Shown piece by piece: positions 20,606-31,913 of a stretch of DNA of 64,000 nucleotides. Positions within the stretch are counted from its first letter, which is position 1; each line of letters opens with the position of its first letter. The DNA comes from an uncultured Pseudomonadales bacterium (GTDB taxonomy: Bacteria; Patescibacteriota; Microgenomatia; UBA1400; Chazhemtobacteraceae), in the NCBI GenBank assembly GCA_964422035.1, contig CAYQZQ010000001.1:377013-441012 (forward strand), written 5' to 3'. Under the pieces are notes generated by a model. The model had not been told where the DNA came from. It ran no database searches and saw only the letters and a program-made list of their open reading frames with translations. The position numbers and the translations under genes were made by a program.

Positions 20606-21813
20606 TTGAGGATATGTGTTTGTGGTGGGGTGAAAATAAAATTAGGGGTCAGATTTGAGTTGTAAGCGCCGGTGGAGTAAAAGAGCAGGAGATCATTAGG
20701 TTTTGCGGGAGGCAGGGGTTTTTTTAACAAGATGTCGTCGGATTTGCAGGTAGAACCGTAAACAGTGGTGGGGACAGGTAAGGATGTTTTTGCTTGTAGT
20801 TTTGGGGTGAAAAGCCGAGTGATAGGGGGGCGGTAGTAAAGAGTGGGAAGCATAGTAATAGCACCGTTGGCAGTTAAGACTTGAGGCTTGGTTTGTTTTT
20901 TGTTGATAACTTGGCAGACAAAGATGGTTGAGTCAGCGACCAGATAGCGGCCCGGCTCAACTATGAGAGTGGGAGATAGGTCAGGATTGAGGTCTTGCTT
21001 GAGTGCTTGAGTAATGGTTTTTATATATGTTTGAATGGGTTGAGGATGCCACGAATTGCGATGTAGTGGTTTAAAACCGTGAGCAGGAAAGCCGCCGCCG
21101 ATGTCTAAATATTTGACTTTGGTATTAAAGTTTTGGTAGATATGATTGGCTAGTTTGGCTAGTTGAAGGGCACCTTCTTGGTAAGTGGAGGATTTGTCTA
21201 TATCGCTGCCTTGGTGTAGGTGGAGGCTTTGGATAGGTATGGAGTGAGAGTAAAGTTTGTTTATGGCTTGGTGGGCTTGTTTGTTCTGGATATTAAAGCC
21301 GAATTGGTTTTTGTGAGGTTTAAGGTTGATTCTGATGCCTACTTTAGGCTGTTGGGAGGAGGGTTGAGTCAGGGCGGTGACGCTATTAATTTCCTGGAAG
21401 TTGTCTATGTGAATTAGAGAGTTGTTTTTAAGGGCTAGTTTCAATAAAGATTTGGGTTTATGGGGGCCATTGAGGATTATTTTGGAGACTTTGAAATTGT
21501 GTTTTAGGGCCTTTTGGTATTCATGTCCCGAGACTACTTCTGCTGCAGCACCTAATTTCTTTATGGGTTTAACTAGCGAGTAGTTAGTTTTGAAAGAATA
21601 GGCAATGTTGTGTTGGTGGGGCCAGTGTTTGGTGAGAGCCTTTTTGAGTTGAGTGTAGCGGTCTTGAATGATGTACGGGTCGGTGATGTATAGAGGAGTG
21701 GGGTGTTTTTTAAGTAGGTTTTTGATCTGTGATTGATGTTTGGTGATATTTAGTTGATGCTCAAGTGAAGGTGAATAAGAGGTTGAAAAAATGCTTTGGA
21801 GTTTTTCTAGCAT
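20602..21813 (-). CDS. PLP-dependent group IV (LysA/ODC-like) decarboxylase
   Basis: YSFKTN (PLP Lys), HQGS, DIGGGF, EPGR, GSTCKSDD, GAY. Confidence 0.85.
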   Translation of the reverse strand: MLEKLQSIFSTSYSPSLEHQLNITKHQSQIKNLLKKHPTPLYITDPYIIQDRYTQLKKALTKHWPHQHNIAYSFKTNYSLVKPIKKLGAAAEVVSGHEYQKALKHNFKVSKIILNGPHKPKSLLKLALKNNSLIHIDNFQEINSVTALTQPSSQQPKVGIRINLKPHKNQFGFNIQNKQAHQAINKLYSHSIPIQSLHLHQGSDIDKSSTYQEGALQLAKLANHIYQNFNTKVKYLDIGGGFPAHGFKPLHRNSWHPQPIQTYIKTITQALKQDLNPDLSPTLIVEPGRYLVADSTIFVCQVINKKQTKPQVLTANGAITMLPTLYYRPPITRLFTPKLQAKTSLPVPTTVYGSTCKSDDILLKKPLPPAKPNDLLLFYSTGAYNSNLTPNFIFTPPQTHILN

Positions 21814-21848
21814 GATAAAATAAGAAAGGTGATTAATGAGTTCATTTT

Positions 21849-22607
21849 ATGTTTGTTCAAGATGCAAGTAAAGTAAGAGAGTTTGTTGATTTTTATGCGA
21901 GGGGTGATGATTGGCATGAGATCGGGCAAAGCAAGGAAAGCTTGGGATATGGATGGATTCATTATGGATTGATTAGATCGATAAGACTTGAGAATATATT
22001 GGTAATTGGGAGTAGATACGGATTTATTCCAGCAGTTTGTGCCATGGCTTGCAGGGACAACAAGAAGGGTAAAGTCGACTTTGTGGATGCGGGCTTTGAT
22101 CAATCTAGCAGGACTAAGGTTCTAGGAAGCAGTGGCTGGTTGACAGATTGGTATAAAAAAATAAAATTTAATCTAGGTATAAAACGATGGTTGAATAGGT
22201 ATTTATCAATTGAAAAAACACAGCAGGCCAACAAGGAGCATTGGGGAGGAGTGGGATTTTGGAAACGGGTTGATGTAGATAAACATTTTGATAAATTTGG
22301 ACTGGAAGATTACCTAAATTTTCATTTGATGAAGTCAGGTGAGTTTGCAAAAAAGCATAAAGAGAAAAAGTGGAATTATGTATATCTGGATGGTGATCAC
22401 TCGTATGAGGGGGCAAAAGCTGATTTTGAGAGGTTTTGGCCTAGAGTCAAGGCGGGAGGTTTTTTGGGGTTGCACGACATATATACCAAAAAGGCAGGAG
22501 GTTTGCAGTATGGGGTCAGTAGGCTGTGGAATGAATTGAAAGGAGTAGAAGGTTATAATGTAATGGAAATGTCTGGTAAATGTGGATTAGGATTAATACA
22601 AAAATGA
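21849..22607 (+). CDS. class I SAM methyltransferase, paralog of 19808..20605
   Basis: GYG.IHY.LIR, GSRYG, VDFVDAG and YLDGDHSY are shared with the paralog. Confidence 0.85.
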   Translation: MFVQDASKVREFVDFYARGDDWHEIGQSKESLGYGWIHYGLIRSIRLENILVIGSRYGFIPAVCAMACRDNKKGKVDFVDAGFDQSSRTKVLGSSGWLTDWYKKIKFNLGIKRWLNRYLSIEKTQQANKEHWGGVGFWKRVDVDKHFDKFGLEDYLNFHLMKSGEFAKKHKEKKWNYVYLDGDHSYEGAKADFERFWPRVKAGGFLGLHDIYTKKAGGLQYGVSRLWNELKGVEGYNVMEMSGKCGLGLIQK

Positions 22608-23443
22608 AGTTTATCAAAAACAAAAAAATATTAGGGCTAAGGCTAGGTGACTTGGCGGTATTGTTGTTGGTGTGCGGGTTGGTGGTATTGATGGTCAAGC
22701 ATTTTAAACGGCAAGATGAGTGGAAGACAGTTAAGGTTAAGATATCTGGGAAAGAAGGCTGGTTTGTTAATCCACCGCACTGGTTGGGTGAAGCTTTAAA
22801 AGTGGGGTTGATTGAAAAGAGTGTAGATGGTGAAACAATGGCAGAGATAACCAGGATAGAGAATTATGAAAGAGGTGATGAAGATAGAGATCTATATTTA
22901 ACGGTTAGAGTGAAAGGGGTACAGAATGAAACGAGTGGAATATTTTCCTTTAAAAGTAGACCTCTGCAAGTGGGGAAAGAGGTGGAGTTTAACTTTCCGC
23001 AAGCTAGGGTTTCTGGAATCGTCATCGCTGATGAAAATAAGTCAGAGAAAGATAGCGGGGACTGGTTTCAAGTAAAAATGCGGTGGAGTGACATAAACCC
23101 ATGGCAAGCAGAGGCTTTGCGTGAAGGTTTAGTTATGAGGGGAGATACAGAAAGAGAATATATAGCTAAGGTTATAAAAGTGAGGATAGAGCCAGCGAAA
23201 AAAAGTGTAACCACAGATCGAGGCATAGTAGTAGTGGGCAGGGATCCGATAAAAAAAGATGCTGTAATTGAAATGGAGTTATGGGCACAAAAACATGGAG
23301 ATGAGTATTATTTTGGGGGGCATCAAAAATTAAAAGTGGGAGAGCCCTTGTGGGTTTATTTTCCTGAAGTGGATGTGGATAGGATAAGTTTTGAGAGCTT
23401 CAGGCAACTGTCTGTTATGGAAGTTGAGAGGATGGAACAATGA
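22604..23443 (+). CDS. membrane-anchored hypothetical protein with two internal repeats (DUF4330-like)
   Basis: N-terminal TM; two repeats ending in L.VG. Confidence 0.6.
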   Translation: MKFIKNKKILGLRLGDLAVLLLVCGLVVLMVKHFKRQDEWKTVKVKISGKEGWFVNPPHWLGEALKVGLIEKSVDGETMAEITRIENYERGDEDRDLYLTVRVKGVQNETSGIFSFKSRPLQVGKEVEFNFPQARVSGIVIADENKSEKDSGDWFQVKMRWSDINPWQAEALREGLVMRGDTEREYIAKVIKVRIEPAKKSVTTDRGIVVVGRDPIKKDAVIEMELWAQKHGDEYYFGGHQKLKVGEPLWVYFPEVDVDRISFESFRQLSVMEVERMEQ

Positions 23444-24882
23444 TATGGTCAGGATTTTTGGTGGCTTTGGTGTATTATGCGAGTTTATTTTTAGTGTTTA
23501 ATATAAAGACACTAATTTTGACGGCTGTGGGGACTGGATTGATCTTATTTTATTGGGTACCCGAGACTAAGGGTAAGATTCGGGAAAGTCTTTTTTATAC
23601 TATGTTGTTGGTGCTGCCTTTTGAGAAAGGAGTGCGGGGGTTTAATGTGGAAATAGTGACGGCAATGAGTAGATTAGATTTGCCTGGATACAGCCAGTAT
23701 TTTGGGTTATCTTTGAAACTAATAATGGCAGGGGTGTTGATGATATTAGCAATGAAAGACAGGTTGATAGAAGGTAAATGGTGGTGGAGTAAAGGTAAGG
23801 ATTTGTGGATTTTGGTTGTAATGATGTTATGGGGTTTGTTAGGAGGAGTAATACAAGGTAAGCAAGGGTTGGTGTTTTGGAGTGGGATGGTGAGATGGCT
23901 TTACATAGGGAGTTTATATTTGCTGGGTAGAAAATTTATAAATGGTAAAAAGAATAAAAAAATGTTTGAGCAGATTATTACAGCTAGCTTATTGTTTGAA
24001 GGAATAATCGGTAGTTGGCAGTTTTTAACAGGTGGAGTGTTGGGGTTAAGTATTGAGTCAACGGCTCAGACAGTACCTTTTGGTCGGGTGACTTATGAAA
24101 ACAAGTTGTTGTTTCGTGTGCCGGGAACAACCGGGCATCCGACTTTTTTGGGCAGTATTTTAGCCGTATGGATACCGATAGTGGTGGCGGGCTTGATTGA
24201 AAAAGTGGTGATTAAAAAGCAGAAGTGGCAGGAGGGAATTAACTTGTTTAGAGGGGCAGCTGTGGTTTTGGGAGGTATAGCTATATTTGGAACGTATAGT
24301 AGAAGTGCTTGGTTTGCCGGTGTGGCGGGGGTACTGGGAGTGGTGTTTTTGTTAAGAGATAAATTTCATTGGGGTGAGTTGGTAAAAAAATATTGGTGGA
24401 TAGGTGGAATAGGAATAGTGTTTCTGGGTTTGTTTAGTAGTCAGTTTTTGCTGCGTTTATCTTCGGTGCAGAATATTTTTGAGGTGGGTACGGGTAGAGA
24501 CAGGTGGTTACTAGTTAAAGAGGCAGTGGCAATGATAAAAGAAAAGCCCTTATTTGGGGTGGGTTTAAACAGGTTTACAAAAGTGTTGGTAAACAGTCAG
24601 TTGACAAAAGTAGGGAAAAGCTTTTTGTTTCCAGTACATAATACTTTTTTGCTAGTGGCTGCTGAAGTAGGCTTGCCGGCTTTGTTATTGTGGTTAGGAC
24701 TGATAATTAAGGTTTTACTGGAGAGAATAAAGAAAGGTTTGGTTAAGCCGGTAATGATAGGGGTTTGGATGGGGGCAGTTAGCTTCATGTTTAGTGGACA
24801 GTTTCATACTTTATTTGCTCAGGATGCCAGCTTGGACTATTTTATGATTATGCTTGGAATGCTAGCACGGAGTAACAAATGA
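23440..24882 (+). CDS. O-antigen ligase/O-oligosaccharyltransferase family (Wzy_C)
   Basis: GTTGHP, TYSRSAW, PLFGVG, VHN...AAEVG. Confidence 0.88.
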   Translation: MIWSGFLVALVYYASLFLVFNIKTLILTAVGTGLILFYWVPETKGKIRESLFYTMLLVLPFEKGVRGFNVEIVTAMSRLDLPGYSQYFGLSLKLIMAGVLMILAMKDRLIEGKWWWSKGKDLWILVVMMLWGLLGGVIQGKQGLVFWSGMVRWLYIGSLYLLGRKFINGKKNKKMFEQIITASLLFEGIIGSWQFLTGGVLGLSIESTAQTVPFGRVTYENKLLFRVPGTTGHPTFLGSILAVWIPIVVAGLIEKVVIKKQKWQEGINLFRGAAVVLGGIAIFGTYSRSAWFAGVAGVLGVVFLLRDKFHWGELVKKYWWIGGIGIVFLGLFSSQFLLRLSSVQNIFEVGTGRDRWLLVKEAVAMIKEKPLFGVGLNRFTKVLVNSQLTKVGKSFLFPVHNTFLLVAAEVGLPALLLWLGLIIKVLLERIKKGLVKPVMIGVWMGAVSFMFSGQFHTLFAQDASLDYFMIMLGMLARSNK

Positions 24883-25757
24883 GAATATCGGTAATTATAG
24901 TAACCAGAAATCGACGAAAGAAGCTTAAGCGGGTGTTGGATAGCTTGGAAGAGCAAACGGTTAAACCATTTGAGCTTATAGTGGTGGATAATAATTCAAC
25001 TGATAATACAGCTGTGTTGGTTAAAAATTGGGATGGGAAGCTTGATTTGCGATATCAAGAAGAAAAAAAACAAGGAATACCATATGCAAGGAATATGGGT
25101 TTGCAATCAGCTAAGGGTGAGGTGTTGGCGTTTGTGGATGATGATTGTGTAGTGAGTAAAGAATGGATAAAAGTGATAAGGAATAGTTTTAAGGAGAATG
25201 CAGAAGTAGGTTTTGTGGCAGGGAAAAGTTTAGTCTTTAACAAGAGAAATATCTTGGCTAGGGTATTGAAAACAAACCATGATAAATGGTTTTATAAAAG
25301 TATCAGAGAAAAAAGTGGGAGAAAGTATACAGATAAATTTGACACTAAAAACATTGCTATAAAACGAGAGTTGATAGATAAATATGATTTGTTTTTTGAT
25401 AGACGATTTGCTGAGTATTCTTGTGGAGAGGATACTGACTTTGGCATGCAACTAGAAGAGGAAGGTGTTCACGGATTATATATGAGTGAAATGAAAGTAT
25501 GGCATGAAGAGCAAAGCAACTTGAGAGGTTTTTTAAATCAAGGATTCAGACGAGGCAGATCAACTCAGGCAATTCGAGATAAGTGGGGAATAAAGGTCAA
25601 GCCTAGGGAAAATCCACCTCGCAGATATGTGAAATGGTATAGAGACTGGAAGATGTTTGATGATGAGGGTGGTTTTTGGAAGCAGTTTTTGGCTTTTTTA
25701 TTATTTAAGTTATATATTAGGGTGTCATTTTTCGGAAAGTGGTATGAAAGAAAATAA
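24879..25757 (+). CDS. GT2 glycosyltransferase
   Basis: VVDNNSTD, ARN, FVDDD, GEDTD. Confidence 0.92.
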   Translation: MRISVIIVTRNRRKKLKRVLDSLEEQTVKPFELIVVDNNSTDNTAVLVKNWDGKLDLRYQEEKKQGIPYARNMGLQSAKGEVLAFVDDDCVVSKEWIKVIRNSFKENAEVGFVAGKSLVFNKRNILARVLKTNHDKWFYKSIREKSGRKYTDKFDTKNIAIKRELIDKYDLFFDRRFAEYSCGEDTDFGMQLEEEGVHGLYMSEMKVWHEEQSNLRGFLNQGFRRGRSTQAIRDKWGIKVKPRENPPRRYVKWYRDWKMFDDEGGFWKQFLAFLLFKLYIRVSFFGKWYERK

Positions 25758-26856
25758 AGACAAAACGATGAAAATTGTGTTGGTGGCTCCTGGTTTAGAG
25801 TTTGGGGGATTGGAACGTGAAATTGTGCAGATTGTTAACAAGTTAGACAAAGAGAGGTTTGAGGTTAGTGTTTGGTTATGGAATAAGAAGGGGAAGTTGT
25901 TGGATGATGTATTGGGAGATGTAGAGGTTGTGGATTTTAAGAGAAAGAACAAGTGGAGTTTTGTAAGAATTATTTGGCAAATGAGCAGAAAATTAAAAAG
26001 AGACAAGGTTGATTTGTTAGTGCAATTTACCAGTAATCATTCCGGAGTGGCTGGGTTGTGGTCTAATTGGTTGGCGGGAGGGGGTATCAAGGTGATAATT
26101 TCTATGAGGAATATTTTGAGTTGGAGGTTGGAAAGCATGAATTTGTTTTACAAGAAGTTAATTGAGTGGTTTTACCCTATGGCTGATTTGATTATGCCTA
26201 ACTCTGAGGCAATTGTGAAAGATTTGGTAAAAAATTGCGGGTTGCCTGAAGACAATATGGATGTGGTGGAAAGTTCTGTTGATGTGGAAAAATTAGATCA
26301 AAGCGGCAATAAACCCTGTGGTGAAATAGGACAATTATTAGTGGTGGCGCGTTTAGTGGAACAAAAGAGGATAGATTTGTTACTGAGAAGTTTTGAAATA
26401 GTGCAAAAAAGAATGGACTGTAGGTTAACTATTGTGGGAGACGGACCTTTGCGGGGTGAGTTAGAAGATTTAGCTGTGGAGCTGAGAATAATGGACAAGG
26501 TGGAGTTTTTGGGCTTTAAAGAGGACCCTTATAAATACATGAGGCAGGCTGATGTATTTGTGCTAACTTCTGAGACTGAGGGATGCCCTCATGTTTTATT
26601 GGAGGCCATGGCTTGTAAGTTGCCAATTGTATGTGCTGAGTACCCGGGAGTGAGTGAGGTTGTAGAAAATGATGAAACCGGTTTAGTGGTTGGCAGAGAA
26701 CCTGAAGATATAGCAAGGGGAATTATAAAGGTATTAAAAGATGAAAAGTTGGCAAATAAAATGGCCAGTAAGGCTTTTGAACAGGTAAAAGAGCATGATA
26801 TAAGTCAAGTGATCAAAAAATATGAGCAGATGTTTAGAAAGGTAATTTCTGCTTGA
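25744..26856 (+). CDS. GT4 glycosyltransferase
   Basis: GGLER, VARLVEQK, EG.P.VLLEAMA. Confidence 0.92.
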   Translation: MKENKDKTMKIVLVAPGLEFGGLEREIVQIVNKLDKERFEVSVWLWNKKGKLLDDVLGDVEVVDFKRKNKWSFVRIIWQMSRKLKRDKVDLLVQFTSNHSGVAGLWSNWLAGGGIKVIISMRNILSWRLESMNLFYKKLIEWFYPMADLIMPNSEAIVKDLVKNCGLPEDNMDVVESSVDVEKLDQSGNKPCGEIGQLLVVARLVEQKRIDLLLRSFEIVQKRMDCRLTIVGDGPLRGELEDLAVELRIMDKVEFLGFKEDPYKYMRQADVFVLTSETEGCPHVLLEAMACKLPIVCAEYPGVSEVVENDETGLVVGREPEDIARGIIKVLKDEKLANKMASKAFEQVKEHDISQVIKKYEQMFRKVISA

Positions 26857-27778
26857 GTTGGTGGTAGTTGAATTGTAAGAGAGGTAAGTGAGGGATAATG
26901 TGTTTTGAAAAAAAGTCTGGGGGCATGAAAGAGAAAAGGATAAAAAGGTAAGGCCAGAAAGTAACAGGTTTGGTCTTAATAAATTGAAAGAATTTGTAGC
27001 GGGCTTTAGTGGGGTGATTTTGGTACAGATGGAGGCGAGCTTGATGATAAAGTAGTTCTCGGCGTAGAAGTGGAGCGGGAGATTGTTTAATGGCTTTTTT
27101 TAGGTACTTGATTTTAACCAGGGCTTGGTCTTGGAAGTGTTTTTGTAGAGGTCTGGTTTTTTTATTATCGAGATGAAGATTATAGATAGATAAAGGTTGG
27201 TTTAGGTAATCAAATTGATATTTGGAGGCAAGGCGATAGTTGAAGTCGGCGTCTTCGCTGGAAAGGTTGGTATGGTAAGATAATGGTTTTTTAAGTTGTT
27301 TTGTTTTGATCATTAAGGATCCGCTGTGGATAGTGAAGAAGTTGGCGGTGAGTAGATCGGGGAAGTTAGTGGGGGCAGGTTTGGTAATACCTAGAGTGAG
27401 TTGGTTGTTTTTCTTAAAGTAGAAGTTATGATAGCTGAAGGCCAAGCGGGGGTTGACTTGCATGAAGTCTAGTTGAGTTTGTACTTTGTGGGGGAGGTAT
27501 TGATCATCATCATCGCAGAAGCAGATGTAGTCTCCAGTGGCGTGTAATAGACCGGTGTTGCGGGCGTGGGCGGAGTTTTGCTTAGTCTCTTGGTAGAGTT
27601 TAATTTGTTTGCTTTTGACGTCTGAGATGATTTTTTTTAGAGGTTGTTGAGGGAAGTTATTGACAACAATTATTTCTAGATTGGGGTATGTTTGATTGGT
27701 GAGACTTTTAAGACAGCGCTTTAACAGATTGGGGCGTTGATAGGTAGGAACTATGATGCTTACTAGAGGGTTTTTCAT
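26834..27778 (-). CDS. GT2 glycosyltransferase
   Basis: VSIIVPTYQR, ARNTG, FCDDDD, SED. Confidence 0.9.
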   Translation of the reverse strand: MKNPLVSIIVPTYQRPNLLKRCLKSLTNQTYPNLEIIVVNNFPQQPLKKIISDVKSKQIKLYQETKQNSAHARNTGLLHATGDYICFCDDDDQYLPHKVQTQLDFMQVNPRLAFSYHNFYFKKNNQLTLGITKPAPTNFPDLLTANFFTIHSGSLMIKTKQLKKPLSYHTNLSSEDADFNYRLASKYQFDYLNQPLSIYNLHLDNKKTRPLQKHFQDQALVKIKYLKKAIKQSPAPLLRRELLYHQARLHLYQNHPTKARYKFFQFIKTKPVTFWPYLFILFSFMPPDFFSKHIIPHLPLLQFNYHQLKQKLPF

Positions 27779-28269
27779 AAAGTTATTTGTTGAAGGTAGT
27801 TAATTAGTTTTGAGGGGGTCTGTTTTTTTGAGGCAAAACTGTTGGGCTTTAAGGGTTGAGTTAGGGATTTTTTGAGTTGACTACGAGTATAGGCAATTTG
27901 GGCAAGCTGTTTTTTTTCTAAATGACGGCAGATTTTTAGTTGTTGGTTGTCGATGTGTTCAGAGTGTTCTCTAAGGCGGGGCATAAAAATGGGTTTGTTC
28001 TGGGCGTATTTTAGAATCAATAAAACGCTGCCTTCACCGGAGGCAGAAACGATCAGATTTGCTTGTTTGTAAAGTTTAATCATTTTATTGAAGCTGATAA
28101 ACTTGTGTACTTTGATATTGGGAGACAGGTTGTTGGGTAAGGTAGAGGGGTAAGGAGTTTGGACAATCAGGGTTTGAGAAGGGTGTTGGGTGAAATAGTT
28201 AATGGTGGGATGAGTAAGGCGTGGGAAAGGGAATGGTATGGTACCGGTGGTAAGAAGATTTATAGACAT
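27775..28269 (-). CDS. PssE/Cps14G (Alg13-like) glycosyltransferase subunit
   Basis: TTGT..FPRL, PR...EHIDNQQ. Confidence 0.85.
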   Translation of the reverse strand: MSINLLTTGTIPFPFPRLTHPTINYFTQHPSQTLIVQTPYPSTLPNNLSPNIKVHKFISFNKMIKLYKQANLIVSASGEGSVLLILKYAQNKPIFMPRLREHSEHIDNQQLKICRHLEKKQLAQIAYTRSQLKKSLTQPLKPNSFASKKQTPSKLINYLQQITL

Positions 28270-28718
28270 GTGCCTTTATATTTGGCTTTTGGGTAATGGT
28301 TTTTAAGTTTTTCGTTTTGGATAAGAAAGTGGTCAGCTAGAGGGTAGATAAGTTTGCCGGATAGAGTGGGCTTATTAATGAAGATAAAAGTTTCCATAAA
28401 GATCAGTTTTATACCTAAAAGTTTACCAATAAAGAAAAAGGGTGGTGCAATACCAGCTCCGGTGGAAAAAATAATATCTGGCTTTTCTTTATTGAGAACT
28501 TTAAAAGCGAGTATGAGGTTTTTCAAAAAATTTAAAAGGTGGCGATTGACAGGAAAGTGACCGTAATATACTTTTTCGTTGTTGATTATTTCCAGCTTTT
28601 TGACTTTCGGGTCTGTAACCCAAAAATGAGAGTATTTGCTCCACCAGGGTTTTAGTTGCAGAGTTTTGACTAGATGACCACCAGAAGAAGTAATGAGAGC
28701 GATTTTTGGTTTTGACAT
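28260..28718 (-). CDS. PssD/Cps14F (Alg14-like) glycosyltransferase subunit
   Basis: SSGGHL, KPDIIFSTGAG, PTLSG. Confidence 0.9.
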   Translation of the reverse strand: MSKPKIALITSSGGHLVKTLQLKPWWSKYSHFWVTDPKVKKLEIINNEKVYYGHFPVNRHLLNFLKNLILAFKVLNKEKPDIIFSTGAGIAPPFFFIGKLLGIKLIFMETFIFINKPTLSGKLIYPLADHFLIQNEKLKNHYPKAKYKGTCL

Positions 28719-28757
28719 ATCTTACATTATAACGAGAGTAGGTGATAAACTGGAGGT

Positions 28758-29414
28758 ATGAAGAAATGGTATTTGAAGTTACTGCTAGTGATTACAGTAA
28801 TAGGATTAGCGGAGTTGGGGTATACAATTTATAACCGACCGGAGTTGATGCTGAAACCGTATTTAAGGAGAGTTGAAAAGATTAAGACATCCAGTGAGAT
28901 AGAGGAGAATTTGGAATATATGGACTATGTGACTGAGATTCGACTAAGTGAGATTGATGAGAATTATCGTAAAAATGGTGAGGATATTAAGTGGAGACGG
29001 TTGCAAAAAGAGATAAATTTAGAAGATGATACAGTAAGTTCTGAAATTCAAGAGTTGTTAAAAACGGTTGATTTAGAGCAAATTGATGATGGGCAATGGT
29101 TGGTTTATTTGTATTACCAAGTAGGATTATTGGGAGCAAAGAGAAATAATTCAAATTTGGTGGAGTATGGGTGGGGAAGAGCGCTTAGGTTGGCTCCTGA
29201 ATGGTCGTATTTCTATACTGAACTGGCCAACTATTATTTAGTTAACGGGGAAAAGGCAAAGGCTTTTGAGGTGCTGGAGTATTGTGGTGAAAACAGCCAT
29301 GCAAAAGTAGCTTGTGAGGAGTATTTTGAGGATCAATTTGAGAGTTTGCGGCCATTGCAGATTGGACATTGGCGTCAGTCAGTTGAGGATAATTATTTAG
29401 ATAATATGGAGTAG
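28758..29414 (+). CDS. membrane-anchored TPR-like protein
   Basis: N-terminal TM; ALRLAPEWSYFYTELANYY TPR-like helix pair. Confidence 0.6.
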   Translation: MKKWYLKLLLVITVIGLAELGYTIYNRPELMLKPYLRRVEKIKTSSEIEENLEYMDYVTEIRLSEIDENYRKNGEDIKWRRLQKEINLEDDTVSSEIQELLKTVDLEQIDDGQWLVYLYYQVGLLGAKRNNSNLVEYGWGRALRLAPEWSYFYTELANYYLVNGEKAKAFEVLEYCGENSHAKVACEEYFEDQFESLRPLQIGHWRQSVEDNYLDNME

Positions 29415-29420
29415 TAGATT

Positions 29421-30521
29421 ATGTGGCGAAGACTTTTATTTTACTGTCTGATAGGGGGGTTGTTATTAGTGGGAGGGACGGGAAAGTATGTATTTGAGGT
29501 AAGTTTTGCAAGTTTTTTTTTGTTGGCATTGGCGTTAGCTGGATATTTGATAGTTGAGAAGGAAATAGAATTACCTCAGGGGTTTTGGTGGTATGTGGCT
29601 TTTTTGGTAATACAAGTGGTTAGTTTGTTTTGGACGTTGGATGTCAGGCTTTCGTATGAGTATTTGGTGATGTATATATCTGGTGGGATGTTTTGGGTTT
29701 TGGCATATAATTGGAGTGAGTTGATTGAGGGTTGGCTGGGTGATTTAGTGTTAAGTTTGGGAATGGTTTTTGGAGGGTTGTTTGGATGGGTGAAGCTGAA
29801 AAATATTCGAGTGATTAGGGGTTGGAGTTTGTATTTTTATAATAGTAAATTCTTTAATAATAACCATATTGGTAATTGGTGGGCTGTGGTGGTGGTAATC
29901 TTGTTAATTTGGTGGATGAGGAAGAAAAAGTGGTGGCAAGTGGTTCTGGGAGTAGTAGGAATGGGAATTATAATTATGTCACAGTCGCGGGCGGCTTTGG
30001 TAGCTATAGTGGGTGGGTTATGGTATTTATATGAAAAAAGAAAAATCAAGACAAGAAAATGGATGGAGTGGTCGGCAGGAGTGTTGTTATTGGCAGGATT
30101 TGTATTTATAGGGTTTGATAAAAGTACTTTGTTGTCTCGACAATATTTTGTACAGGCTTTGGCTGGCTTGTGGCACAATCCTTTAGGTGTGGGAGTGGGT
30201 AATTTTAGGCATATCTCTGGTGATTCGGCCATGCACTGGCTGGGGTTAAGTGATTTTGCAATAGTGGTGTTTAATGTGGTTTTAGAGATGATGGTTAGTT
30301 TGGGCTGGTTAGGGTTAGTGTTTGTGTGGTGGTTGGTGAAGAGAGTTGAGGAGGTGTGGAAAATGGAAGGGGAAAGGGGTTTAGTGGAGAGAACGGTGTT
30401 TTTAGTGTTGACGGTTAATTTTATGTTCGCGGCTACTTACTTTCAGCCCAGTATGTTTTGGTTGTGGATGTTGAGCTTGGGGGTGAGTCAGGGAGTAATA
30501 GAGTTGAGAGGAGGAGAATAA
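29421..30521 (+). CDS. O-antigen ligase-like polytopic membrane protein
   Basis: SQSRAA and PLGVGVGNF; the conserved HN is replaced by FN. Confidence 0.75.
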   Translation: MWRRLLFYCLIGGLLLVGGTGKYVFEVSFASFFLLALALAGYLIVEKEIELPQGFWWYVAFLVIQVVSLFWTLDVRLSYEYLVMYISGGMFWVLAYNWSELIEGWLGDLVLSLGMVFGGLFGWVKLKNIRVIRGWSLYFYNSKFFNNNHIGNWWAVVVVILLIWWMRKKKWWQVVLGVVGMGIIIMSQSRAALVAIVGGLWYLYEKRKIKTRKWMEWSAGVLLLAGFVFIGFDKSTLLSRQYFVQALAGLWHNPLGVGVGNFRHISGDSAMHWLGLSDFAIVVFNVVLEMMVSLGWLGLVFVWWLVKRVEEVWKMEGERGLVERTVFLVLTVNFMFAATYFQPSMFWLWMLSLGVSQGVIELRGGE

Positions 30522-30579
30522 CGGAAACCGAAGCAGGTGTGAGAATAAAAAAACGGTGATGTGAAATTAAGAGCGGGAC

Positions 30580-31643
<1,064 letters not shown>

Positions 31644-31653
31644 AACAGAAAAT

Positions 31654-31662
31654 ATTTTAGCA
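31654..31662 (-). promoter_or_regulatory. extended -10 promoter for tRNA-Ile
   Basis: TGcTAAAAT 10 nt upstream of the tRNA. Confidence 0.6.
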
Positions 31663-31671
31663 TGAGTAAGC

Positions 31672-31697
31672 TAAAAACCCCACCAGAAAGGTGGGGT
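31672..31697 (-). terminator. intrinsic terminator after the 16S gene
   Basis: ACCCCACC-tttct-GGTGGGGT followed by TTTTA. Confidence 0.75.
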
Positions 31698-31913
31698 AAT
31701 AGAATACTATCATCTGAGAAGCGGCAAGAACTTGAGTATGCAACGATTGATTTGTTTAGCAACTAACCAATAAAAGTTGGGTGTGTATTCCCATAAATGG
31801 GCGAGCTCGTGAAAACTCCTTTTTCAACACTCCTTAGAAAGGAGGTGATCCAGGCGCTCCTTCCAGAACGCCTACCTTGTTCAAGTAGTTCCCAGTATTA
31901 CTACGGGCATGGA

